Positions 46,616 to 55,801 of a stretch of 64,000 bases of DNA are shown here, in pieces. How positions within the stretch are numbered: the stretch's first letter is position 1; every line of letters begins with the position of its first letter. Under the pieces are notes generated by a model that searched no databases, was not told the DNA's origin, and saw only the letters and a program-made list of their open reading frames with translations. The position numbers and the translations under genes were made by a program. Origin of the DNA: Patescibacteria group bacterium (GTDB lineage: Bacteria; Patescibacteriota; UBA1384; XYA2-FULL-43-10; 1-14-0-10-43-13). Location of the stretch: assembly GCA_041666325.1 (NCBI GenBank), contig JBAYHC010000001.1:393708-457707 (forward strand). Direction: 5' to 3'.

Positions 46616-49600
46616 ATGGGCTCAAGGTTTAAGGGCTTGTTGTGGATAAGTTGGTTAACTGTCCTCGTTTTTGTGTTTACGACGATTGTTGGCGGCGACG
46701 CTTCGCCGGCAAAGTCATACGGTACAATCTCTGACTTAGCCGTCAGTACAAGTGATTCAACCAAGTCGGCAGCAGCAACTTATACCATATCTTTCACGGT
46801 TGAGACCGAGATACCCCGTTATGGCGGACGGATCAACGTTCAGATGCTTGACCCGTACGGCTACTCCTCATCTAACGGCACTTGGGTCAACAACGCGCAT
46901 AATTTCAACAGTGCCAATGTTGCCACAGGTACCTCCCCCTCCTCGATCTATTGGGGTTACAGCAACTACAATGGTGCAGTATTCTATACTAATGCTGCGA
47001 TTGCCGCCGGAACTACTATTACGCTAAAAATCGGCAATGTTATCAACCCTGCAATGGGCGGTTATTACTATGCCCATGTTTGGACCAGCTACTACGGCAC
47101 TGACCTTGATGGCACAAGCAACTGGGGCGGCGACTATAATAGCAGTTACGTTGAGATCGGATCAAACACCAACTTCACCGGCCGGATTACCGACAGTGAC
47201 GGCACGACTGGTGTGGCCAATGCAAATGTCTATATCAACCGATCAAGCGGCAGCAGCTATGCTTATTATTCAGCCAGAACAGACAAAGATGGGTATTATG
47301 GCATTGGAGACGTCGAAGCCGGAACATATTACTTCAATATGTCTGGACCGTACACTTATGGTACTGGCAGCAGCAAGATTTACTTCCCCCCCGACAATAC
47401 CAACATCACAGTTGAAGCCAGTGGTACAACAACCAAGAACGCCAGTTTTGTCGCCACACCCAAAACCCTTAGCGGCAAAATTACCAAAACATCAGAGAGT
47501 GGAACAGCCGTGACTAATGCCACAGTCTATATTTACAAGATGGGCGGAAGCGGCTGGGCCAACACAACAGTCGACTCAAGCGGTAACTATTCCTTTCAGT
47601 TGCCGGCCGGCACCTGGAGCATCGGAATATATGCCACAAACTGGCCCGCTGATTGGATTTATACCACTTACAATGAAACAGTCAGCTTTGCATCTGATAC
47701 ATCGGCAGAGAGCAAGACCAAGAACTTTGTCGTCGATGACGTGAACTCGACTGTAACAGGAACAGTCATAAAGTCAGATGGAACATCGCCAGGGTACTAT
47801 TCCGTAGGGATCAACTTCTCCGGCGAGAAAAACCGATACTTCTACGCATATACCGACGCCAGCGGAAACTTCACCGCCAAAGTAACGGCAGGCACATACA
47901 CTGTGACCGGCTGGACCTCCGATTCCAGCTTCTCCTTCCCTAAGGTTAGCAAATTCACCGTCGGAGAGAACGAAACAACAAGCATCGGCACCATTACCCT
48001 AACCGAAAAAACCGACTCAATATCAGGTATAGTCAAAGATGATAGCGGCTCAGGTGTGAGTGGTGCATCTATCAATGCGTGGAAAAGTGACGGTACATAT
48101 GATTATGGTTATGCCACAACAGCAAGTGACGGAACCTATTCAATCAAGGTGACGCCTGGTACATGGCAAGTGAGCGCCTGGCCACAGTGGAACTCCGGCT
48201 ACTATTACTCCGGCAAGCCAACATCGGTGGCAGTCACCTCCGGTGTGGCAGCAACGCAAAACTTTACCTTCCTTCGCTGCACGGCGACTATCAACGGCAA
48301 GATTACAGACGCATCAGGCAATGCCATCAATGCAATCTACTCTTGGGTCAATGCCAGTGACGGCTCACAGGAATGGGGCAACATTGGCACCTCCATCGAC
48401 CAGGGAACATTTACTTTGAAGGTTCCTGCCGGAACATGGACACTGGGCGTGTATCTGTACGGTAGCGACTATGGCAGCCCAGATCCGCTTCAGGTCACGG
48501 TAGCAGAGAATGAAGTAAAAGAAGTATCACTTCAGGCACTGGTTAATGACGCGACAATCACTGGTACAATCTATGATAATGATGGCAATGCTGTTACTGG
48601 GAAATGGATTAATGTTTGGGCAACCAAGGGTAAAAATAGCTCTTGGCAGAATGCTACGGTTGACCAAAGCACTGGTGTTTATTCCATAAAGCTCTCTGCT
48701 GGAACCTGGAGATTGGGCTGGTGGGTAGATCAATCACTCGGCTACAACTCTGGCAATGGCCAGGACGTCGAAGTTACCATTGCGTCAGGCGAAACCAAGA
48801 CCAACGATATCAACCTGAAGAAAAATGACTCAACGATATCTGGCACGGCCACCAAGACTGACGGCACATCCATGCAGTGGGCTTGGATTACTGCCGACAC
48901 CCGCGACCCCAATGAGAAGAAATCAGCTGATAGATATTATTGGTCAAATGGCGCCTCGTGCGATTCAAGCGGAAACTATACGATAAATGTCCCTGCTGGC
49001 ACGTATTGGGTCGGGGGTTCAATGTGGACTGGCTCCGGATACATTAACCCCAAACGCCAGAAGGTTGTGGTTGATGCCACTACTCCAGCCACGGTCAACC
49101 TGGTTTTCCGTACTGCTGACGCCACTATTAGTGGTACCGTTGCTAACGGAAGTGCCACAAGCTCGTTTGTAACCTCATGGAGTGAGGACGGCGGATATGC
49201 AGAAACTAATTCCAACAACGATGGTGCGTATACCCTTCAGGTTTCCAGCGGCACCAAATGGCACGTCAAGGCAGTCAAAAAAGATGGCCAGGATGTCTAT
49301 AAGTCAAGCGAATACATCGTTGACCTAACAGAAACAACCGCCGCAACACAGGATATTCACGTCGTAAAACAAGACTTTACCCTACCAGAAGCCCAGTCGA
49401 TCACATTCGACCCAACCAAGCAACAAACCCTAACCGTCGGTGACGACCTAACTGTCACAGTCCCGGCCAACTCGATGGCAACCTCCGGCTCTGTCACCAT
49501 CACAATCGAGCCAACAATAGAGCTTCCCGAGGAATCAGATGCGAAGGCCGCTGACTACGGCTATGATATGCAAGCCACCAACCAGGACGGAGAACAGATC

Positions 49601-50257
49601 AGCACCTTCAGCAGCAACGTTACCGTCGAGGATCACTTCACCACTTCCAGTGTTGAGGACAACAATCTTCTCAGCGCAGAGGATTACACTGCCGCTTATT
49701 ACAACGAGTCTAACGGAACATGGGAAGAGTTGAATTACACTGTCAATGAAGATGAGCAAACCGTAACATATCAGACAAACCACTTCACAAAGTTTGCCTT
49801 AGTCGCAGCTTCTGACACCACTCCACCAGCTGCACCATCCTCCATATCAGCTACGGCCGGCGATACTCGGGCAACGCTGTCGTGGACCAACCCTACTGAT
49901 GCCGACCTGACGGGTATCAAAGTTTACCGCTCCACCACTTCAGGAACGCTGGGCGATTGGATCACAACCATTACTGGCACTACAACGACGACATACGCAG
50001 ATACCAACTTAACTAACGAAACAACATACTACTATACCATCAAGGCGTATGATACCTCCGGTAATCTTTCCAGCAACACCGACCAAGTTTCAACCAAGCC
50101 TTCGGTCGCCACTCCAGTCAGCACAGCAGTAGCGGCAACGCTACCAAAGACCGGCATGGACAGCAACCGCACCTATGACTTTTCAGCAATCATTGCAGTC
50201 CTGTCCTTCGTTTTGGCGCCACGGCTTATACTAAGAACAAGACCAGCAGGCAAATGA
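46616..50257 (+). CDS. Large surface protein: tandem carboxypeptidase-regulatory-like beta repeats, Fn3 domain, LPKTG sorting signal
   Basis: Repeated (I/L)SG.(I/V)...G.Y...V.(A/P)GT(W/Y) units, HFTKFAL, DTTPPAAP Fn3, LPKTG plus hydrophobic stretch and basic tail; AAGGAGG RBS. Confidence 0.85.
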   Translation: MGSRFKGLLWISWLTVLVFVFTTIVGGDASPAKSYGTISDLAVSTSDSTKSAAATYTISFTVETEIPRYGGRINVQMLDPYGYSSSNGTWVNNAHNFNSANVATGTSPSSIYWGYSNYNGAVFYTNAAIAAGTTITLKIGNVINPAMGGYYYAHVWTSYYGTDLDGTSNWGGDYNSSYVEIGSNTNFTGRITDSDGTTGVANANVYINRSSGSSYAYYSARTDKDGYYGIGDVEAGTYYFNMSGPYTYGTGSSKIYFPPDNTNITVEASGTTTKNASFVATPKTLSGKITKTSESGTAVTNATVYIYKMGGSGWANTTVDSSGNYSFQLPAGTWSIGIYATNWPADWIYTTYNETVSFASDTSAESKTKNFVVDDVNSTVTGTVIKSDGTSPGYYSVGINFSGEKNRYFYAYTDASGNFTAKVTAGTYTVTGWTSDSSFSFPKVSKFTVGENETTSIGTITLTEKTDSISGIVKDDSGSGVSGASINAWKSDGTYDYGYATTASDGTYSIKVTPGTWQVSAWPQWNSGYYYSGKPTSVAVTSGVAATQNFTFLRCTATINGKITDASGNAINAIYSWVNASDGSQEWGNIGTSIDQGTFTLKVPAGTWTLGVYLYGSDYGSPDPLQVTVAENEVKEVSLQALVNDATITGTIYDNDGNAVTGKWINVWATKGKNSSWQNATVDQSTGVYSIKLSAGTWRLGWWVDQSLGYNSGNGQDVEVTIASGETKTNDINLKKNDSTISGTATKTDGTSMQWAWITADTRDPNEKKSADRYYWSNGASCDSSGNYTINVPAGTYWVGGSMWTGSGYINPKRQKVVVDATTPATVNLVFRTADATISGTVANGSATSSFVTSWSEDGGYAETNSNNDGAYTLQVSSGTKWHVKAVKKDGQDVYKSSEYIVDLTETTAATQDIHVVKQDFTLPEAQSITFDPTKQQTLTVGDDLTVTVPANSMATSGSVTITIEPTIELPEESDAKAADYGYDMQATNQDGEQISTFSSNVTVEDHFTTSSVEDNNLLSAEDYTAAYYNESNGTWEELNYTVNEDEQTVTYQTNHFTKFALVAASDTTPPAAPSSISATAGDTRATLSWTNPTDADLTGIKVYRSTTSGTLGDWITTITGTTTTTYADTNLTNETTYYYTIKAYDTSGNLSSNTDQVSTKPSVATPVSTAVAATLPKTGMDSNRTYDFSAIIAVLSFVLAPRLILRTRPAGK

Positions 50258-50299
50258 TATGTTGACAAATTATCGCTCCTAATGTTAAGTTATCACCAA

Positions 50300-50422
50300 A
50301 TGAATAAAACGATCGACCAAACTATCATTTCCATTATTATGCAAAGACTTCACGGAGCCATAGCTTAATGATGAGATAATTAGGTCAATCACTAAACAGG
50401 GCTCCACCAAGGAGCTCTTTTT
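50300..50422 (+). promoter_or_regulatory. Candidate leader peptide (50300..50368) plus attenuator
   Basis: TTGACA..TGtTAAGTT promoter; MNKTIDQTIISIIMQRLHGAIA*; terminator agggctcc-accaa-ggagctct-tttt; ggagcc (50354..50359) is complementary to ggctcc (50400..50405). Confidence 0.6.
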
Positions 50423-50442
50423 AGTTAAGAGGAGAAAGAGAG

Positions 50443-51189
50443 ATGAAGACGATCGGATTAATCGGCGGCATGAGCTGGCAATCAACTGTGGACTATTATC
50501 GAATCATCAATGATTACATACAGGAACAATTGGGGGAGCTCTACTCTGCTCCGATTCTTCTTTCGAGTATTAATTTCCATAGTCTGGAGAATCTGCAAAG
50601 AAATAATAGATGGGACGAAGCAGCAAAACTGATACTCAAAGAAGCGAAAAGACTCGAAAAAGCCGGGGCTAACTATCTATTTATTTGCTCTAATACCGGA
50701 AATGAAAGCGTGGAAAGAATAAGAAGCCTGATCGGTGTGCCGATTGTTCACATCGCTGATGTTGCGGGACAAGAAGCCAGAAGACTGGGCCTGAAGAAAC
50801 TTGGCCTTATCGGTACCATCTATACCATGGAGAAAAACTATATCAAAGGAATATTGGAGCAGAATTATGAGCTAGAAGTGATAGTACCAAACAAGAACGA
50901 TAGGAGCGTTATTAATAAAATCATTTACGAAGAGCTATGCTTTGGACAAATAAAACCTAAATCAAAAAAGGCCTACCTCGCAATAATTGATAAATTAAAG
51001 CAAGAAGGCGCAGAGGGAATTGTCCTGGGGTGTACCGAGATACCGCTCTTGATCAAACAGGCAGACCTGGACCTGCCGGTACTAGATACAACGCTGCTTC
51101 ACGCAACGTGTGCGGCCAAACTTACAATTGCCGGTTTCTCTAGCGCAAACAAGATGGTACCCTTGATGCACTTCATCTCGAACACCTGA
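50443..51189 (+). CDS. PLP-independent Asp/Glu-family amino-acid racemase (YgeA/RacX-like)
   Basis: MKTIGLIGGMSWQST, CSNT, LGCTEIPLL, LDTT. Confidence 0.92.
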   Translation: MKTIGLIGGMSWQSTVDYYRIINDYIQEQLGELYSAPILLSSINFHSLENLQRNNRWDEAAKLILKEAKRLEKAGANYLFICSNTGNESVERIRSLIGVPIVHIADVAGQEARRLGLKKLGLIGTIYTMEKNYIKGILEQNYELEVIVPNKNDRSVINKIIYEELCFGQIKPKSKKAYLAIIDKLKQEGAEGIVLGCTEIPLLIKQADLDLPVLDTTLLHATCAAKLTIAGFSSANKMVPLMHFISNT

Positions 51190-51246
51190 TTAAGTGGCTG
51201 GATCAGATAGTAAAAATATTTAAATGACCCAAGTCAGAAATTTGTA

Positions 51247-51759
51247 TTAAAATGAGTGCCAAAATATTTGATCTTCCAATACACCGGAATACTTTATAAC
51301 TTTAAGCTGTTCTTCGGAAAAGGTTTTCTTCTCCCACAGGTTTTGTATACCTATTGCTTCAGCTGTCCACCCATATTTTATCCAGTAGTATTGTTTTTTG
51401 TTCTTGTCTATTAAAATCAATCTGCCGCTTAGATAGGCCTGGTTACTTTCATCGTAGTAGTGATCAACTATCTGGTATCTGGCATCCTTTAGCCTTGCTC
51501 TAATTTCTTGAGTAATTTTTCTCAGCTTAAAACTAACTATACTGCGAAAGATCATTTCAATGGTTATTGTTACCAATATCAACATTAAACCGATCGCCAG
51601 GACCGTTCCAACGGAAACAACTGGTAATAGGTCATTGGTATGTATCTCGCTTTTAGCTTCTGCGGAAACAACTAAAAATACCCCTAATGCGAAAAGGTTG
51701 CGTGACAAGTTGTGAGAAGGGTAAAGGAGAAACTTAGTAAGCAATGAAGATATGTCCAT
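51247..51759 (-). CDS. Hypothetical protein with two N-terminal TM helices
   Basis: Two hydrophobic segments; starts 1 nt after the upstream stop; AT-rich. Confidence 0.6.
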   Translation of the reverse strand: MDISSLLTKFLLYPSHNLSRNLFALGVFLVVSAEAKSEIHTNDLLPVVSVGTVLAIGLMLILVTITIEMIFRSIVSFKLRKITQEIRARLKDARYQIVDHYYDESNQAYLSGRLILIDKNKKQYYWIKYGWTAEAIGIQNLWEKKTFSEEQLKVIKYSGVLEDQIFWHSF

Positions 51760-51760
51760 T

Positions 51761-52363
51761 TCAGTAAATATCCTCTAACGATCTTGCCGCCTCCGAATTG
51801 TGTTCGCCACCGTTAATAATCTTTTCGTATAATTTAGTCGTGGCAGAACAGAGATCTTGATAAAAAATATCTACATCGACAACCATCCTTGGATATTCTG
51901 GGCCTGGTCGAGGATTAAAAGAGTTGTTGTTAACACTCGCAAAGTAGAGGTGACGAGCATCGGAATTTCGCAATTTTCTATTAGGATAAAACGAATTCTT
52001 GAAACCCAAAATATGGCTATGAAGCAATCCGCAACGGTAGCGATTATATATTTCATTTCTCAAATCATAATATCTAGCCGGGAAGAAGACTCTAATAAAT
52101 TCCGTGAAACATTGACTGGACACTCCAACATCATCCTTCTTTCCCAACCATACTCTTCCGAGGGTTTCAATAGCGACACACATCAGCTGGATTGATCCCA
52201 GATTTGACTCTCCTAACAAGATCCGCACACCAGAGACAGTTTTGCTTAGCGGCTGACCTGTGTCCCTAACCGTCCATCGCTTTGAGTTGGAATAAACATT
52301 CACCGCGATATCCCTAAAAAGCCAAGAGATTAATATATGTAATTTTTTATCGAGCTCATTCAC
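51761..52363 (-). CDS. Putative HEPN-like protein
   Basis: AIETLG, FTEFI and RxxxxH motif RCGLLH; AT-rich. Confidence 0.55.
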   Translation of the reverse strand: MNELDKKLHILISWLFRDIAVNVYSNSKRWTVRDTGQPLSKTVSGVRILLGESNLGSIQLMCVAIETLGRVWLGKKDDVGVSSQCFTEFIRVFFPARYYDLRNEIYNRYRCGLLHSHILGFKNSFYPNRKLRNSDARHLYFASVNNNSFNPRPGPEYPRMVVDVDIFYQDLCSATTKLYEKIINGGEHNSEAARSLEDIY

Positions 52364-52481
52364 GACTCAACCTTCTTTCGGCAAACATTTCTCAAGGCCA
52401 CAGCAATAATACACATTTATTCGAACACCGACTAAGTCGCCCGGAGAGGTAAAATCAGCTTTCCGGAATTAGGTTTTTGTT

Positions 52482-52557
52482 TGGTACCCGCGAGAGGACT
52501 CGAACCTCTGACTTTCGGCTCCGGAAGCCGACGTTCTATCCACTGAACTACGCGGGC
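52482..52557 (-). tRNA. tRNA-Arg(CCG)
   Basis: 76-nt cloverleaf: GCCCGCG acceptor stem, anticodon loop TTCCGGA, TTCGAGT T-loop, encoded CCA. Confidence 0.95.
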
Positions 52558-52564
52558 AATCAAA

Positions 52565-53074
52565 TTATTCTTCACCATGAAAGAAAAGGGAAGTTTTTAA
52601 CACATCGATAATGATCTTCTCAATGAAGCTCTGATTCAGCTCGGCAATGTTAGCCATTCCATACTGCCCTACTACTCCACCTTGGCCAGGCATCATCGTT
52701 GACACCATAATGTTAATCTTCTCCGCAAAACGATCTGCCTGAAATGAAATATATGGAGTAGACTCTGGCTTTTTCATGCCCTCGCTAATCAATGCCGGAT
52801 AGATGTTAAGGGTAATATGCGCCGGATGATATGTTGCTGTTGCATCCATATACTCCTTCTCCTCTGTAACATGAAAATCATGGCCGTATTTTGTTAATTC
52901 GTTACCGGCATCTACGATGGTAGGCCAAATTATCTCATGTTTTAGACGTTCAAATTCACTCACAAACACCTCCTGGGATTTCTTCTGTTTTTGCTTCTCC
53001 TGCTTAATCCCCTCAAGATCATTTGTGTAACGATCCATGATTCTATCAAGCTCTTTGATATTATTGTCCAGCAT
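52565..53074 (-). CDS. Hypothetical protein
   Basis: 169-aa ORF with N-terminal coiled coil. Confidence 0.7.
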   Translation of the reverse strand: MLDNNIKELDRIMDRYTNDLEGIKQEKQKQKKSQEVFVSEFERLKHEIIWPTIVDAGNELTKYGHDFHVTEEKEYMDATATYHPAHITLNIYPALISEGMKKPESTPYISFQADRFAEKINIMVSTMMPGQGGVVGQYGMANIAELNQSFIEKIIIDVLKTSLFFHGEE

Positions 53075-53162
53075 ATGGCCCCTGTTCTAGTTTATTAACT
53101 AATACTATACTATATAGTAACGCTTTAATCTAAAAAGTAAACCACGATTTGGAGTAGACAAT

Positions 53163-54083
53163 ATGGGCCAAAGAATTCAACTTAACCGCAAAAACCAATT
53201 TTTAATCATTGACTCATCTGGCGGCATAGCACAATACTATCTGAATGAAAACGGAGAACAACAAGATATCATCTATGGCTATGCCAGTAACAAAGAAAAA
53301 GTCGGATCGATGGGAGACGTCCTTTTCCCTTGGCCCGGCCGAATCGAAAATTGTCAGTACGACTTTGCCGAAGAGCACTATAACTTAAGCGGAGTTCGAG
53401 TAAAAGACGGTCATGCAAACCACGGTTTTGCAAAATTTGTGCCATGGGAAATCGTCCAATCGGGAAGAGACTCGGCGCAGCTCAGGTTCAAAACCAGCAA
53501 AGAAGAGTACGCAGAGAAGGGCTATCCGTTTGCTCTGGAATTAACGCTATCATACGCACTGGACGACAGTGGCATGACCTGTATGGCCTCGGTAATAAAT
53601 ACCGGCGATAAAAGTGCGCCCTTTGGGCTTGGCTTCCATCCCTATTTCTCGCTTGGCGCTGAGTCGATTAGCAATTTGGCGCTACAAATCAACGCCAACA
53701 AAATGGTAGAGTTTGGCCCCGACCTAAAACCGACCGGCGAACTGCTTAATATCTCCGGCGAACTGGATTACACAAAAACAAAAAAGATCGGAAAGCAGGT
53801 TGTTGATAACTGTTATGCCGATCTTAATTTTGAGAACGGTATTGCCAAAACGACTCTTTCGAATGATAATGGCGAACAAGTCGTTGTATGGCAAGATGAA
53901 AGTTTCCCTTATCTTCAGCTCTACTCAGCCGACACTATTCCCGATCCTCACAAACGCAGAGGCCTGGCAATCGAACCTCAAACATGCACCGGCTTTGCCT
54001 TCAACATGCCCAAAATGGGTTTGCGAGTACTCAGACCTAGCGAGAAATTTACGGGCAGTTGGGGGGTAACCCCTATTTCGTAA
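53163..54083 (+). CDS. Aldose 1-epimerase family protein
   Basis: LFPWPGRI, HANHGF, GYPF, GFHPYF, LAIEPQT. Confidence 0.9.
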   Translation: MGQRIQLNRKNQFLIIDSSGGIAQYYLNENGEQQDIIYGYASNKEKVGSMGDVLFPWPGRIENCQYDFAEEHYNLSGVRVKDGHANHGFAKFVPWEIVQSGRDSAQLRFKTSKEEYAEKGYPFALELTLSYALDDSGMTCMASVINTGDKSAPFGLGFHPYFSLGAESISNLALQINANKMVEFGPDLKPTGELLNISGELDYTKTKKIGKQVVDNCYADLNFENGIAKTTLSNDNGEQVVVWQDESFPYLQLYSADTIPDPHKRRGLAIEPQTCTGFAFNMPKMGLRVLRPSEKFTGSWGVTPIS

Positions 54084-55224
54084 ACTGAAATGAAGAAACG
54101 ACCTTGTCGATTGTTCCACTATTATCGGAAATGTAGTCAAGCATGTATGTATTGTCACCGATAACGGTGTAGTACACAACATAGTCATAAAACCATCGGA
54201 CTGACTCATTCTTCGAGACAACAATTTTTGTCCAATTCTTGCCCGCGATCTGGCCATCGCCCGATTTTTTGCCCTCTATATAGTAAGCATTATTCTTTTC
54301 CATCGTACCATTTTTGTAGACATAAACTTCAAACGACTTACAATTTGGATTGCTGTCACCAGAGTAGCACTCACTGCTTCTAGTTGTGACCCGCAATTTG
54401 TCATTGATATCCCAAAGGGAAGGATCAGTTTTTTCTGATGTATCAACTTTCCAGCTGCTTGGATATTTGAAACTAAAATTATAAGTCGAGCTAGAGTAAT
54501 TTTTCCAACCAGCAGTTGAATCAATCTTGGCGACGATCGAATCAAACTTAATGGTAGACGCCAAAGCATCTAGCTGATCAACTGTTGTCTGGGTCAAGCC
54601 TTTGGCAGTACCCGACAGTTCGATCGTCTTTGAAAAATCGTTATCGGAGTATGCCGCCAAGTAGAGCGGATCAATACCTGACGTGCTTGCTTTTGGCTGA
54701 GCAAAAGTGCGGGAGAACGCTAAACCGGAAGCAGCTTTTATCTCCTTGTTAGAACCGGAATCCCAAGCCTCATACCCAACTTCTCTGGCAGGATTATAAA
54801 GATTGAAAATTGCTCCAGTGTTAGCCGTTATTGTAACCTGAGCTTTAATCGCACTATTTGCCTTATTTTCAGCAGACACTGCTGTCCAATTCTCAGGATA
54901 CTGGAAAGAGAACCCTTGGCCCTCATATGTTTTTAGACTAGCACCTAAAGTTGAGTTATTGTTCGTAGCAGGAGTATCATCATCGGCAATTGTACCAGTC
55001 GATTTTTCCACTGAAACCACGGGCTTATCCGATTCCGTTCCCTGGCCACTTAGGGCGGTCTTTTCGTTCTCTGGTTTAGCCTTCCTACCTTCGGCATAAT
55101 ACCAAACCCCACCGACCACGCTCATGATCAGTAAAACCATCAAGGCAACCAGTGGCCACTTCGGTTTTGTTTTAGCAAACTCCGGACTTATCTCTTCAGA
55201 ATTTATCTGAGTGCCATCATACAT
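54073..55224 (-). CDS. Membrane-anchored protein with two PsbP-like domains
   Basis: TM anchor; GFSFQYPENW and NFSFKYPSSW repeats ending STIKF / SSFQF. Confidence 0.7.
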   Translation of the reverse strand: MYDGTQINSEEISPEFAKTKPKWPLVALMVLLIMSVVGGVWYYAEGRKAKPENEKTALSGQGTESDKPVVSVEKSTGTIADDDTPATNNNSTLGASLKTYEGQGFSFQYPENWTAVSAENKANSAIKAQVTITANTGAIFNLYNPAREVGYEAWDSGSNKEIKAASGLAFSRTFAQPKASTSGIDPLYLAAYSDNDFSKTIELSGTAKGLTQTTVDQLDALASTIKFDSIVAKIDSTAGWKNYSSSTYNFSFKYPSSWKVDTSEKTDPSLWDINDKLRVTTRSSECYSGDSNPNCKSFEVYVYKNGTMEKNNAYYIEGKKSGDGQIAGKNWTKIVVSKNESVRWFYDYVVYYTVIGDNTYMLDYISDNSGTIDKVVSSFQFTK

Positions 55225-55245
55225 TTTTCCTCCTACTCACCAATA

Positions 55246-55671
55246 TTAAGACCGCTCCAGTTTGCGCATCTCTTCTGTCTCAGTAGGCCGATTGTTATCG
55301 TCCTGAAGGCGATAAGTGCTACCTGTCTCTGGCGTTGACGATTCAATGAACGTCATATCGGTCACAGCGGCGACGCGGTGAACTTGACCGGGGCGGACAA
55401 AATAACCCTTGTTCAACTCCATCGGCACCTCAACTGTCTTACCCTCCTGATTCATCAGAGTGATTATGCCCTCGCCCTCGATCAGGCAAAGGGTCTCAAC
55501 TTTTTGATCATGATACTGAAGGCTCAAGCGCTGTCCAGCCTTGACATACAAAATTTTGCCGACGGCCGATGCATCAGCTGGCGTATAGATAATCTCATGT
55601 CCCCACGGCTTGTCGACGCGTGTCTGGCAAGGCATCAACGAGTAATCGCTCTGATCAAATTCCTGTCCCAT
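55246..55671 (-). CDS. Cupin-domain protein (mannose-6-phosphate isomerase-like)
   Basis: VDKPWGHE, RLSLQYH, PGQVHR, ESSTPE, RLQDD. Confidence 0.85.
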   Translation of the reverse strand: MGQEFDQSDYSLMPCQTRVDKPWGHEIIYTPADASAVGKILYVKAGQRLSLQYHDQKVETLCLIEGEGIITLMNQEGKTVEVPMELNKGYFVRPGQVHRVAAVTDMTFIESSTPETGSTYRLQDDNNRPTETEEMRKLERS

Positions 55672-55680
55672 GGTCAATCC

Positions 55681-55800
55681 TTAATTCGTAGTTAGTATTT
55701 CGTATTTAGTGGTTGGTATTTCGCAGTTCGCAACTCAATTCCACGCAACGTACTGGGTAGCAGCAGAATTAATCCCCCAAATACGAAATACGGTCTACGA
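55681..55800. repeat. Heptamer-periodic inverted-repeat element, copy 2
   Basis: gttagtatttcgtatttagt...cccccaaatacgaaatac. Confidence 0.6.
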
Positions 55801-55801
55801 T

